From Nitrospinaceae bacterium (lineage in GTDB: Bacteria; Nitrospinota; Nitrospinia; Nitrospinales; Nitrospinaceae): a stretch of DNA of 64,000 nt. A program made the position numbers and the translations under genes. The DNA is taken from contig OZ245011.1 of the NCBI GenBank assembly GCA_965223665.1, forward strand, positions 128,001-192,000, written 5' to 3'. Position 1 is the first letter of the stretch. Each line of letters begins with the position of its first letter. Below, piece after piece: positions 38,506 through 48,410 of the stretch. The notes beneath the pieces are model-generated. The model saw only the letters and a program-made list of their open reading frames with translations, made no database searches and had not been told where the DNA came from.

Positions 38506-39270
38506 ATGCATATGATTTTATTAACAAATGATGATGGATTCTATGCAAAAGGTATCCAAAGCCTTTGGCAAGAACTATCTGCAGTTGATGATGTTGTAAT
38601 TATTGCCCCTGATGCAGAACAGAGTGCAGTGGGACATGCCATAACCTTATCTAATCCTTTAAAAGTTCAAAAAGTTGAACCAGAGGGAAAATTGGTTGGT
38701 TACATGGTGAATGGGACTCCCGCTGATTGCGTTAAAATCGGAATCACTGAATTACTGGAGGAGCCTCCTGATATTGTTATTTCTGGAATTAATCAAGGGG
38801 GAAATTTAGGAACGTGTGCTATTTATTCGGGGACAGTTTCGGCTGCCACAGAAGCTGCAATAATGGGCATTCCTTCCATTGCCGTTTCATTAAATTCGTT
38901 TGAGTTTTTTGACTTTTCTTCTGCCGGATCTTTTGTACGACAATTTTATCCACAAGTTATCGAGAGAGGACTTCCTGAAGGAGTCTCCTTAAATATTAAT
39001 GTGCCTGCAATCAAGCGGGAAGATATTCGAGGTGTGGTATTTACTCGTCAGGGAAAATCTAGAGTGATAGAAACATTCGATAAACGGGTAGATCCAAGAA
39101 ATAATGTTTACTATTGGTTGGCAGGGGAGATGAAGTTTGAAGAAGCGGATCCGGGTACGGACTGCGAAATGGTTTTGGAAAATTACATTTCAATAACTCC
39201 AATCCACTTTGATCTTACTCATTATAAAACTTTAGAGTTGCTAAAAAGTTGGAAGATCTCTTTTGATTAA
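38506..39270 (+). CDS. surE: 5'/3'-nucleotidase SurE
   Basis: ILLTNDDG, GTPADCV, SGINQG.N and YSGTVSAA. Confidence 0.96.
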   Translation: MHMILLTNDDGFYAKGIQSLWQELSAVDDVVIIAPDAEQSAVGHAITLSNPLKVQKVEPEGKLVGYMVNGTPADCVKIGITELLEEPPDIVISGINQGGNLGTCAIYSGTVSAATEAAIMGIPSIAVSLNSFEFFDFSSAGSFVRQFYPQVIERGLPEGVSLNINVPAIKREDIRGVVFTRQGKSRVIETFDKRVDPRNNVYYWLAGEMKFEEADPGTDCEMVLENYISITPIHFDLTHYKTLELLKSWKISFD

Positions 39271-39300
39271 TTGCAGAACCAATAAGAAAGTAATTCAACT

Positions 39301-39346
39301 AAAAAAATAGCGAACTAAGGTAGAACCCTAATTCGCTATTTCTCTT
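39301..39346. terminator. Terminator between convergent surE and pnp
   Basis: AATAGCGAA...TTCGCTATT stem flanked by A7 (the U-tract for pnp). Confidence 0.75.
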
Positions 39347-39361
39347 ATAAAAATTAGATGA

Positions 39362-41464
39362 TTATGATTGTGCCGCTGCAGCTTCTTCTCGCATAGCCTC
39401 TTTACGGCTGAGTTTGACTTTTCCATTGCGGTCTACATCAATTACCTTAACTACAATCTCATCACCCTCCTGAATTTCATCGCTAACCCGTTTGATTCGA
39501 CGATCACATATTTGGGAAATGTGAACCAATCCATCTGTGCCGGGAAAGATTTCAACAAATGCTCCGAAATCCATTATTTTCTTAACTTTCCCTAGATAAA
39601 TTTTTCCGATTTCGACTTCTTGGATCAGGTTGTTAATTCGGTTGATTGCATCATCGGAACCTCCTGCATCACTGGAGGCAATGGTGACTAAACCATCATC
39701 ATTGATATCGATAGATACACCAGTTTTTTCAATAATGTCTTTAATAACTTTTCCACCTGGGCCAATAACGTCTCGAATCTTATCGGTTGGGACTTTCATG
39801 GTAGTGATTCGCGGAGCAAATTGTGACATCTCCTCTCTTGGTGTCTCAAGGGCTTGTGCCATTTCATCCAAGATGTGGAAACGCCCATCCTTTGCTTGTT
39901 GAAGAGCTGTTGCCATAAGTTCTTTGGTCAAGCCTCCAATTTTAATATCCATTTGTAAAGCAGTAATTCCCTTGCGAGTTCCAGCAACTTTAAAGTCCAT
40001 ATCTCCTAGATGATCTTCATCACCCAAAATGTCAGATAAAATTGCTACGCGATCATCTTCTTTTATTAGCCCCATGGCGATACCAGCAACAGGCGATGTT
40101 AATGGAACACCTGCGTCCATCATAGATAGTGCCCCACCGCAAACCGAAGCCATTGAAGAAGAGCCGTTGGATTCTAAGATTTCGGAAACAAGTCTGATTG
40201 TGTAGGGAAAAGTCTCTTTTGATGGTAGAACTGGGATCAATGACCGTTCAGCAAGCATACCATGTCCAATTTCCCTTCTTCCAGGATTGGCCATGAATTT
40301 AACTTCTCCGGTACAAAATCCCGGGAAATTATAATGAAGCATAAATGATTTGTTGCCACGAAATTCAAGATTGTCCATTCGTTGTTCATCGGATACGGTT
40401 CCTAAAGTTGTAGCAACTAAGGCTTGTGTTTCACCTCGGGTGAATATGGCGGATCCATGAACTCTCGGGAGATAACCGACTTGGCAGTTGATTGGGCGAA
40501 TATCAGTCAAGCCTCTGCCATCAATGCGAACTTTTTTCTCTAATATCATCTCACGCATGGATTCTTTTTCAATACCATGAAAGATTTCGCTTAACTCGGA
40601 TTGCAAATCCTCATCACCTTCTGGATTAATATTTTGAGCCATTGCTTCTGCTGCATTTGTCAAAGCCTCTTTGCGCTCTTTTTTATCGGCAATTTGCATG
40701 GCAGATTCAACACTGGCTTGAGTGGTAGTTTTAACTTTGGTGATTAGCTCTTCGTTTTTTTCGGGAATTTCGACTGGTGCCTTTTCTTTGCCAATCATTT
40801 CTCTAAACTTAATTTGGAGCTCGACGATTTTCTTTATTCGATCATGCCCAAACTCTAAAGCGTTCATCATTGTTTCTTCATCTAATTCATCGGCTCCTGC
40901 TTCTACCATTACTAGAGCATCTGCGGTCCCTGCCATTAATAGATGAAGGTCGCTTTGTTTTTGTTCTTCGTAAGTTGGGTTGATTACAAACTCACCCTCA
41001 ATTCTACCCACCCGAACCCCTGCAACAGGGTTTTCAAAAGGAATGTCTGAAATTAAAAGGGCAGTGGAAGCACCAGAGAGTGCAATTACATCTGGGGGAT
41101 TTTCTTGGTCATGAGAAACAACTAAACAAACTACTTGAGTTTCTGTCCGAAATTCATCGGGGAAAAGAGGGCGAATAGGACGATCAATTAATCTGCTGGT
41201 TAAGGTTTCATGATCTTGGGGACGGGCTTCACGTTTTAGAAAGCCACCCGGGATTCGACCTGCTGCGTACGTTTTTTCTCGATAATCTACCGTAAGGGGG
41301 AAAAAATCAACTCCTTCTTTTGCTTGTTTCGCCATGGTTGCTGTGACAAGCACCATAGTGTCTCCATAACGGACCACAACTGATCCGTTGGCTTGTTTGG
41401 CCAGCCATCCAGCCTCGAATGACAAAGTCTTGCCATCCAGATCCATCTCTATTTTTTGTTGCAT
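39362..41464 (-). CDS. pnp: Polyribonucleotide nucleotidyltransferase
   Basis: DFFPLTVDY, SRLIDRPIRP, RREIGHG, SNGSSSMASVC, GDMDFKVAG; KH and S1 domains. Confidence 0.98.
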   Translation of the reverse strand: MQQKIEMDLDGKTLSFEAGWLAKQANGSVVVRYGDTMVLVTATMAKQAKEGVDFFPLTVDYREKTYAAGRIPGGFLKREARPQDHETLTSRLIDRPIRPLFPDEFRTETQVVCLVVSHDQENPPDVIALSGASTALLISDIPFENPVAGVRVGRIEGEFVINPTYEEQKQSDLHLLMAGTADALVMVEAGADELDEETMMNALEFGHDRIKKIVELQIKFREMIGKEKAPVEIPEKNEELITKVKTTTQASVESAMQIADKKERKEALTNAAEAMAQNINPEGDEDLQSELSEIFHGIEKESMREMILEKKVRIDGRGLTDIRPINCQVGYLPRVHGSAIFTRGETQALVATTLGTVSDEQRMDNLEFRGNKSFMLHYNFPGFCTGEVKFMANPGRREIGHGMLAERSLIPVLPSKETFPYTIRLVSEILESNGSSSMASVCGGALSMMDAGVPLTSPVAGIAMGLIKEDDRVAILSDILGDEDHLGDMDFKVAGTRKGITALQMDIKIGGLTKELMATALQQAKDGRFHILDEMAQALETPREEMSQFAPRITTMKVPTDKIRDVIGPGGKVIKDIIEKTGVSIDINDDGLVTIASSDAGGSDDAINRINNLIQEVEIGKIYLGKVKKIMDFGAFVEIFPGTDGLVHISQICDRRIKRVSDEIQEGDEIVVKVIDVDRNGKVKLSRKEAMREEAAAAQS

Positions 41465-41492
41465 TAAATATCTCCAATCTGTGTATCATAAT

Positions 41493-41762
41493 TTACCGTC
41501 GGATACCTAGGTCCTTAATAATGTTTTGGTAAGAACTGAAGTTCTCTTTCTTTAAATGATCTAATAACTTTCGCCTTCGATTTACAATTTTTATCAAACC
41601 TCGGCGAGAATGGTGATCCTTATTATGAGTCTGAAAATGTTCAGTTAAATAGTTGAGGCGATTTGTTAATAAAGCAATTTGAACCTCAGAGGACCCTGTG
41701 TCCTTTTCATTTAGACGGTATTTGTCAATAATAGAAGCTTTTGCTTCTTTTGTGAAAGCCAT
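41493..41762 (-). CDS. rpsO: 30S ribosomal protein S15
   Basis: DTGSSEVQIALLT and KDHHSRRGL; GAGGAGG RBS before ATG 41762. Confidence 0.98.
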   Translation of the reverse strand: MAFTKEAKASIIDKYRLNEKDTGSSEVQIALLTNRLNYLTEHFQTHNKDHHSRRGLIKIVNRRRKLLDHLKKENFSSYQNIIKDLGIRR

Positions 41763-41795
41763 AGCCAACCTCCTCTATCGAATTGGCAATGCCGT

Positions 41796-41897
41796 AAGGT
41801 TGTTGAATGTTTTTGCAGAGAAGATTCTTTTGGGAGAATCACTTCCCTTAAAATAATATGCTTCAGAGAATCTTACCTGTAAAAACATTCCAACCTT
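41796..41897 (-). promoter_or_regulatory. Long structured rpsO leader (candidate S15 autoregulatory or processing element)
   Basis: About 30-bp imperfect inverted repeat enclosing a small GGGA...TCCC hairpin. Confidence 0.55.
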
Positions 41898-41918
41898 TCC
41901 AGCAACATAAGTTAATAA

Positions 41919-42851
41919 CTAAACTAAAACACGTTTTAATTTAAAAGCAATTTTCATTGAATCAATATTTTTAAACTCCTCCTGATTTACAAGAGGATCT
42001 ACTATAGCAATTAAATCATTTTCTGAACTTAAAACCCGAAGGTTCATTCCCGGATAAAATTCACTGGGTACCTTTTTTATATATCTCTTTAAAATTGGTA
42101 ATCCATTAACAATGGGTTTTTTTTCTTCAGAAAAAATACTTATTTCAGGGAGAAAATCCAAAGCTTGTTCCGTTTTTAATAATTTTTCGGTAAGGGTACC
42201 TTGGGCTTGGGCTTGATTAAGTTCTTCTAAAGTGATTGATGATTGGACGTTGAAATGACCTACCTGTTCTCGAACTAATTGAGTTAAATGAGCACCACAA
42301 CCTAGTTTTAAACCTACATCATGGCATAGGGTACGGACATAAGTTCCTGCCGAGCATACCACCCTAAAAGTAACTTGATTTCCATCCTTATTCAAAAATT
42401 CAATGGAATAAATGTCTACCGTTACCGGGTCTCTATTGATAGTAATACCATTTCTAGCTAATTTGTAAAGTGGAACTCCATTTTTTTTCTTAGCTGAGAA
42501 CATGGGGGGTGTTTGCTGTTGTTTCCCTATAAAATTCTTTAATACTTTCTTTATATCCTCACTAGAGATATTATTGGCGTCCCCAAGGCTAATTATCTTA
42601 CCGGTAGAGTCTTGTGTGTCTGTAGACTCACCTAATTTCATTGTGGCCGTGTAACTTTTATTTAGGCGAGTCAAAAATTGAATGATTTTGGTTGATCGAT
42701 TAAGACAGATAGGCAAAACACCTTCTGCTAGGGGATCCAGTGTTCCTATATGGCCTGCTTTTTTTACATTTAGAGTATTTTTTACGGATTGGACCATTGA
42801 AAAAGAGGAGGGCCCTGCGGGTTTATAAATATTGACAATACTATTCATCAT
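41919..42851 (-). CDS. truB: tRNA pseudouridine(55) synthase
   Basis: KAGHIGTLDP, PPMFSAKK..G.PLYKLAR and CSAGTYVRTL. Start near 42851/42848. Confidence 0.96.
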   Translation of the reverse strand: MMNSIVNIYKPAGPSSFSMVQSVKNTLNVKKAGHIGTLDPLAEGVLPICLNRSTKIIQFLTRLNKSYTATMKLGESTDTQDSTGKIISLGDANNISSEDIKKVLKNFIGKQQQTPPMFSAKKKNGVPLYKLARNGITINRDPVTVDIYSIEFLNKDGNQVTFRVVCSAGTYVRTLCHDVGLKLGCGAHLTQLVREQVGHFNVQSSITLEELNQAQAQGTLTEKLLKTEQALDFLPEISIFSEEKKPIVNGLPILKRYIKKVPSEFYPGMNLRVLSSENDLIAIVDPLVNQEEFKNIDSMKIAFKLKRVLV

Positions 42852-43185
42852 GCAATCGATTGATAAGCTTTGTAATTTTTTCAACATGTTCCGCGGACTC
42901 ATCGATTTTAAATTCGAGTTCGGGAATATATTTTAAATATAAATTTTTGCCTAATTGATTTCGAATAAATCCTTTGGCGCTTTTTAATCCGTTTAAACTT
43001 TCTTCTTTTTTTATTTCATCACCCATAATGCTAACAAAAACCTTAGCGTGTTTTAAATTATTACTCAATTCTATTTTAGTCACGGTTACAAACCCAATTC
43101 TTGGATCCTTTAACCCTCTCATTATTAGAGAGGATATTTCTTCTAAAAGTAACTCTTGGACTCTTTGTGATCTTTTGAAACGCAT
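42841..43185 (-). CDS. rbfA: Ribosome-binding factor A
   Basis: LKDPRIGFVTVT, AKGFIR and IPELEF. Confidence 0.96.
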   Translation of the reverse strand: MRFKRSQRVQELLLEEISSLIMRGLKDPRIGFVTVTKIELSNNLKHAKVFVSIMGDEIKKEESLNGLKSAKGFIRNQLGKNLYLKYIPELEFKIDESAEHVEKITKLINRLHDE

Positions 43186-43209
43186 CTTTTAGCCCGCAAA
43201 TGGGAATAA

Positions 43210-43512
43210 TCAAAAGGATTCCTTTCCCAAATTTATGATTTCGACATCGTGGCTTGTCATTTCTGCTAAATGCATGTTATCAATGAAGTTGACCACTTGT
43301 TGAATTAACCCCTCTAAATATTGGGCATCTCCACTTACTGCGGCGATACCCAAATGCAAATTTTGCCAAATATCCTGATCCCCGACCTCAGCTATGGAAA
43401 TATTAAATTTATTTTTTACACGATCTTTAATGGTACGAATAATGCGTCGTTTCCCTTTAAGGGAACTATTTCCGTGCAAAAAAAACCTTATGGAACAACA
43501 ACCCACATGCAT
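43210..43512 (-). CDS. DUF503 (YlxP) protein
   Basis: SLKGKR...FNISIAEVG.QD; usual position between infB and rbfA. Confidence 0.92.
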   Translation of the reverse strand: MHVGCCSIRFFLHGNSSLKGKRRIIRTIKDRVKNKFNISIAEVGDQDIWQNLHLGIAAVSGDAQYLEGLIQQVVNFIDNMHLAEMTSHDVEIINLGKESF

Positions 43513-43568
43513 GGGATAAACTAATTATGAATTATATTTAAGTTGATATTTAATTGCTTAACAGGATC

Positions 43569-45974
43569 TTAAACTGGCTCTTTTTCCAGGATATAAGGTT
43601 CAATAATATCGCCTGACTTTAAATCCTGGTATTTTTCAAATGAAAGTCCACACTCATAACCCGAAGCAACTTCCTTAACATCGTCTTTAAATCTTTTTAG
43701 CGAATTGATTTTCCCATCATAAATCACTACGCTATCTCGAACCAACCGAGCCTGAGTATTTCTTTCAATTTGTCCAGATAAAACAAAACAACCTGCAATA
43801 TTTCCCACTTTGGGAATATGAAAAACTTCCCGGACTTCGGCGCGGCCCATTACTTTTTCTTTAAAAGTAGGTTCTAGTAGTCCTTCCATTGCTTTTTTAA
43901 TATCGTTTATAGCATCATAGATGACACTGTAAAGTCGTACATCAACCTTTTCTTTCGAACTCATTATGCTTGCTTTTTCAGTAGGTCTTACATTAAACCC
44001 AATAATAATCGCAGTTGAAGCGCTGGCTAATAGTATGTCTGATTCAGTGATTCCACCGACAGCGTCATGGATTACTTTAACGCGAACCTGATCATTATCT
44101 AATTTAGAAAGAGCTTCTTTGACAGCTTGGATAGAACCTTGAACATCGGCTTTAATGATTAAGCTAAGCTCATGAATTTTGCCCTCCAGGATTTGCTGAT
44201 GGAGGTCTTCCATGGTGATCCGAGGTTTTTGAGCCAAAGCAGTTTCTCTTTGTTTTTGAACTCGTAATTCACATAGTTGACGAGCACGTTTTTCATCTTT
44301 GACTACCATAAATTTATCGCCGGGTTCTGGGACCTCAGGAATCCCAATAATTTCAACCGGCATACAGACCGTTGCTTTGGAAATATTTTTTCCTTGATCA
44401 TTGGTTAAAGCTCGCGCTTTGCCAAAATAATTACCAATAATGTAAGGGTCGCCCACGTGCAAATTACCCTTTTGAATGATCACCGTTGCAACGGGTCCTC
44501 GACCTTTATCTAATTTTGACTCAATGACTATTCCTCTTCCTCTAAGCTTTGGGTTTGCCTTTAATTCCATAATTTCAGCTTGAAGTAAAAGTAGCTCAAG
44601 AAGATTATCAATTCCTAAATTCATTTTGGCAGAGACTTCAGTAAATATGGTTTGGCCACCCCAATCCTCCGGTAAGAGGCCTAATTCTGCTAATTGCTTT
44701 TTAACTTCATCTGGTTTTGCATCAGGCTTATCAATTTTGTTAATTGCTACCAGCAAAGGGACATTAGCAGCATTTGCATGATCTATAGCCTCTTTTGTTT
44801 GAGGTTTGATTCCATCGTCTGCGGCTACCACTAAAACGACTATATCCGTAATTTGTGCTCCACGAGCTCGCATAGCGGTAAAAGCTTCATGACCAGGGGT
44901 ATCAAGAAAAGTTATTGAAGACCCTTTTACTTTGGCTTGGTAGGCTCCAATGTGCTGAGTGATTCCCCCATGCTCACTTTCAGTAATATTGGTTTTTCGT
45001 ATGGCATCTAAAAGTGAAGTTTTACCATGATCGACATGGCCCATAATGGTTACGATTGGAGGGCGCAATTGATGATCTGAAGGTAAATCCTGTTCTTCTT
45101 CTTCAAATTCAAGTTCCTCTTCCTCCTGAACCTTTTCAACTTCAAACCCGCGTTGATCTGCAATTTTGGAAGCCATCTCAAAGTTCAAACTTTGATTGAT
45201 AGTGGCCATTACACCTAAACCCATAAGTTCTTTAATTATATCGTTTGCGGTACAGTTTAATTTTTCAGCTAAATCGCGAAGTTGAATGTTTTCACCAATT
45301 TGAACAGTTTCAAAACTTTCTTCTTCCGTGACTTCGGTTGGAGCCGGAGTGGAAGCGGGAGTTGATTTTTCATCGGGAGATATTGATTCATCTTTTTTTG
45401 ACTCTTGAGTTTTTGCGCTTTCTTTTACTTTTTTTGTCGGTTTATCTTTAACTTTTTTAATATCTCCGAGTTCTTCAAGTTCCTCGGGTTTTACAATTCT
45501 TAAGCTAGGCTTTTTAGCTGCTTTTAATTTATCGGCTATGGGGGCTTCGCCTTCTCCTGGCTTTTGAGGTTTTTTTGAAGAATCGGTAGTTTTTTCTTTA
45601 TCAACCTCTTTAAGGGCAGCTTTCACTTTTTTTACAGGTTTGGTGGTTTTTGGTGTATCCGTGGTACTCTCTGCTTTTTTTGCTTTGGTGGTCTTGGGGG
45701 GAGAGGATTTTTTAGCTTTTTTAGTTTCTGATTTCGTCGATGTTTTCTTTTTAGTTGTGGCTTTGGTAGCAGCTTTTTTCTTGGTTGTGGTTTTCTTTTT
45801 ACTTTTTGGCGCTAATTTTTCCGAAAAAAATTCTCTGAGATAATTGGACATTTCTTCATCAATTGAACTCATATGGTTTTTTACTGGGTAATCTTTTTCT
45901 TTGAGTTCATCAATGATCTGGTCGTTAGAAACACCCAACTCTAACGCTAATTTGTTAACCCTAATTTTCGCCAA
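43569..45974 (-). CDS. infB: Translation initiation factor IF-2
   Basis: RPPIVTIMGHVDHGKTSLLD, DTPGHEAF and NKID; AGGAG RBS before TTG 45974. Confidence 0.98.
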   Translation of the reverse strand: MAKIRVNKLALELGVSNDQIIDELKEKDYPVKNHMSSIDEEMSNYLREFFSEKLAPKSKKKTTTKKKAATKATTKKKTSTKSETKKAKKSSPPKTTKAKKAESTTDTPKTTKPVKKVKAALKEVDKEKTTDSSKKPQKPGEGEAPIADKLKAAKKPSLRIVKPEELEELGDIKKVKDKPTKKVKESAKTQESKKDESISPDEKSTPASTPAPTEVTEEESFETVQIGENIQLRDLAEKLNCTANDIIKELMGLGVMATINQSLNFEMASKIADQRGFEVEKVQEEEELEFEEEEQDLPSDHQLRPPIVTIMGHVDHGKTSLLDAIRKTNITESEHGGITQHIGAYQAKVKGSSITFLDTPGHEAFTAMRARGAQITDIVVLVVAADDGIKPQTKEAIDHANAANVPLLVAINKIDKPDAKPDEVKKQLAELGLLPEDWGGQTIFTEVSAKMNLGIDNLLELLLLQAEIMELKANPKLRGRGIVIESKLDKGRGPVATVIIQKGNLHVGDPYIIGNYFGKARALTNDQGKNISKATVCMPVEIIGIPEVPEPGDKFMVVKDEKRARQLCELRVQKQRETALAQKPRITMEDLHQQILEGKIHELSLIIKADVQGSIQAVKEALSKLDNDQVRVKVIHDAVGGITESDILLASASTAIIIGFNVRPTEKASIMSSKEKVDVRLYSVIYDAINDIKKAMEGLLEPTFKEKVMGRAEVREVFHIPKVGNIAGCFVLSGQIERNTQARLVRDSVVIYDGKINSLKRFKDDVKEVASGYECGLSFEKYQDLKSGDIIEPYILEKEPV

Positions 45975-46013
45975 AAGCAACACTCCTATGTATGGTGAAT
46001 TGATATAAAATTT

Positions 46014-47747
46014 TTAAACGTTTTCGTATTTTTCCATATGTAACTTTGCCTGACTCAAAATAAATTGGGCCGTATCCTCATCGATTCCTTCGATAGAAAT
46101 CAGTTCTTCAATTGGAGTCACCGACAACTCGGCAATGGTTTGAAAATCATTTTCTTGCAACGTTTTAATGATGGTGCTATCCACTTTTGTTAGCTCTTCA
46201 AGACCAAATTCCTGGTCTTCCTCTAATTCTTCTTCTTGAGCAGCCTCTTCTGCAGAATTAACTACACTCTCTTCTTCAGACTCTAAAGTTTCTAATTCAT
46301 TTTGCGGTATTTGCTCTTCATCCAGCTCCAAGCTAGGCTCTTCTTCAGAAGATTCTTCGGAACTATCCGAAAATAATGAATCGACTTCACTTTTTTCTTT
46401 AATATCCGGGGCGGTGTAAACTAAATTATCTTCAATCTCAGGTGAAACAATTTCGGTGGAAGAAGCTGGTTTTCTATTTTTAATATATTCTTCCGAGAAA
46501 CTGACAAGAGCTTCAGCTTTCTTTGGGCCGACTCCTTGAATCTTAATTAGTCCTTCTACCCCTTGGCTCAACACTTCATCAAAAGTTACTACATTATTTG
46601 CAAATAAAATAGCAACTAACTTTTCACTAAAACCTTTAGTGTTTTTAATAATTTCAATGAAGTCTTCCTGCGGTTCTTTCTTTTTTACAAAAAGATCAGT
46701 TGCGCTTAAAATTGATTGGGCCTCTGACTCGCCTTTAATATCAATTTTCCATTTAACTAATTTCGCTGCCAAACGAACATTCTGACCTTTCTTTCCTATT
46801 GCTAATGACATCTGGTCATCGGCAACGATGATTGTCATATGTTTTTCTTCTTTGTTAGTGACAATTCTTGAAATTTTTGCTGGACTTAATGCATTGCGAA
46901 TGAAAATCTCAGGGTCTTCAGAGTATTCTACGATATCTATCTTTTCACCACGCAACTCTTGCACAATTGATTGAACTCTTAGGCCTCGCATTCCAACACA
47001 AGCTCCCACGGCATCAATGTCTCTATCATTGGTTCGAACGGCAATTTTTGTGCGACCATTAGGTTCTCTCACAATCCCCATGATTTCCACCATGCCTTCA
47101 CTTATTTCAGGAACTTCAAGTTCAAATAATCTTTTTATCAAGCCGACATGGGTACGAGAAAGAATAAGTAGGGTATTTTTAGAGGTTTTTTTTACTTCAA
47201 GCACATAGGCACGGACGCGATCTCCACGATTGAACTTTTCTCTGAAAACTTGTTCTCTTCGCGGTAATACTCCTTCAGCACGACCCAAATCTACAATAAT
47301 GTCTCCATGCTCAAATCGTTGCACTATGCCACTAAGAAGTTCATTTTTTTTGTCCTGAAATTCGTTATAAACTATTTCGATTTCAGCCTCTCGGACCTTT
47401 TGTAAAATGACTTGTTTGGCTAATTGAGCTGCAATGCGTCCTAAATTTTCTAATTTTTGTGGAATTAGAATGGTTTCCTTTAATTGAGCTTCAGGAGATA
47501 TTTTTGATGCTTCTTTTAAAGAAACTTCGAGATCTGGGTCTTTAACTTTAGAAACTACCGTTTTTTCAGCAAATATTTCAATTTCACCATTCTCCAAATT
47601 AAATTCACTATGAAGAATTACTTCAGGGGGCATTTTTTTTCGCGCGGCTGCCTCCACGGCTGATTTTATTGCTTCTATCAAGACATCTTTATCGATGCCT
47701 TTTTCTCGGCAAAGCTGATCAATGATATGGATTACTTCTACGGTCAT
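46014..47747 (-). CDS. nusA: Transcription factor NusA with an extended acidic C-terminus
   Basis: GRIAAQLAKQVI, S1/KH, GACVGMRG.RV, AIGKKGQNVRLA and two HhH regions. Confidence 0.97.
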   Translation of the reverse strand: MTVEVIHIIDQLCREKGIDKDVLIEAIKSAVEAAARKKMPPEVILHSEFNLENGEIEIFAEKTVVSKVKDPDLEVSLKEASKISPEAQLKETILIPQKLENLGRIAAQLAKQVILQKVREAEIEIVYNEFQDKKNELLSGIVQRFEHGDIIVDLGRAEGVLPRREQVFREKFNRGDRVRAYVLEVKKTSKNTLLILSRTHVGLIKRLFELEVPEISEGMVEIMGIVREPNGRTKIAVRTNDRDIDAVGACVGMRGLRVQSIVQELRGEKIDIVEYSEDPEIFIRNALSPAKISRIVTNKEEKHMTIIVADDQMSLAIGKKGQNVRLAAKLVKWKIDIKGESEAQSILSATDLFVKKKEPQEDFIEIIKNTKGFSEKLVAILFANNVVTFDEVLSQGVEGLIKIQGVGPKKAEALVSFSEEYIKNRKPASSTEIVSPEIEDNLVYTAPDIKEKSEVDSLFSDSSEESSEEEPSLELDEEQIPQNELETLESEEESVVNSAEEAAQEEELEEDQEFGLEELTKVDSTIIKTLQENDFQTIAELSVTPIEELISIEGIDEDTAQFILSQAKLHMEKYENV

Positions 47748-47750
47748 GGT

Positions 47751-48215
47751 TTAATTTATTTTTATTTCAAGTTTAGCCGATGCAATATTATCCATGGGAA
47801 TGGATATAGTTTTCTCACCGACATCTAAAAAAAGAGTGCTCTCTTTGAAGTTCTCAATGATCCCTGTATATTTTCGTTTTTCTTGAATGGGAGAAAATAA
47901 TGAAACTTGGATTGATTTTCCTAAATACCTTAAAAAATCTCTATCCTTTTTTAAAGGCCGATCTAAACCTGGCGAAGATACTTCCAGGTAGTATCTATTT
48001 GGAATTAGATCTTCTACTTCAATGATATCTTCGATTTGTCGACTTATTTTCTTGCAGTCCTCAACAGTAATACCATTTTGTTTATCAATAAATACTCTTA
48101 GAAACCAATCTTTCCCCTCTTTTTTGTATTCAATGTCAACCAACTCTAAATTTGCATTTTCAACAATTGGTAAAACGAGCTCTCTAATCGATTGGGAAAC
48201 GGAACTCTTGACCAT
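47751..48215 (-). CDS. rimP: Ribosome maturation factor RimP
   Basis: LRVFIDK..GIT.EDC and YYLEVSSPGLDRPL. Confidence 0.97.
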   Translation of the reverse strand: MVKSSVSQSIRELVLPIVENANLELVDIEYKKEGKDWFLRVFIDKQNGITVEDCKKISRQIEDIIEVEDLIPNRYYLEVSSPGLDRPLKKDRDFLRYLGKSIQVSLFSPIQEKRKYTGIIENFKESTLFLDVGEKTISIPMDNIASAKLEIKIN

Positions 48216-48300
48216 AATTGTTGATTATTTTTATTTCTGGCCCTTAAGGGGAACTTGACGCCAGATTTACAATTTAAATGAATGAACCAAGATTAGCCAA

Positions 48301-48330
48301 AATAAAAGCGGGCCTAAGCCCGCCTTTTGC
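48301..48330 (-). promoter_or_regulatory. rimP-leader terminator-like hairpin
   Basis: Minus strand reads GCGGGC-TTAG-GCCCGC-TTTTATTTT upstream of rimP, as is typical of rimP-nusA leaders. It could also terminate proS. Confidence 0.75.
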
Positions 48331-48410
48331 AGACCAATCAATTTTGAGAAAATTTTACAGAATCTAGGGAGAGGATTCAAGGAAAATCGTAAATACCTAA
48401 CAATTTGAAT

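Noticed and set aside
45300-46450. Lys/Thr-rich IF-2 N-terminus and Glu-rich NusA C-terminal linker
   Set aside because: Low-complexity linkers are common in these proteins; no DNA-level repeat unit.
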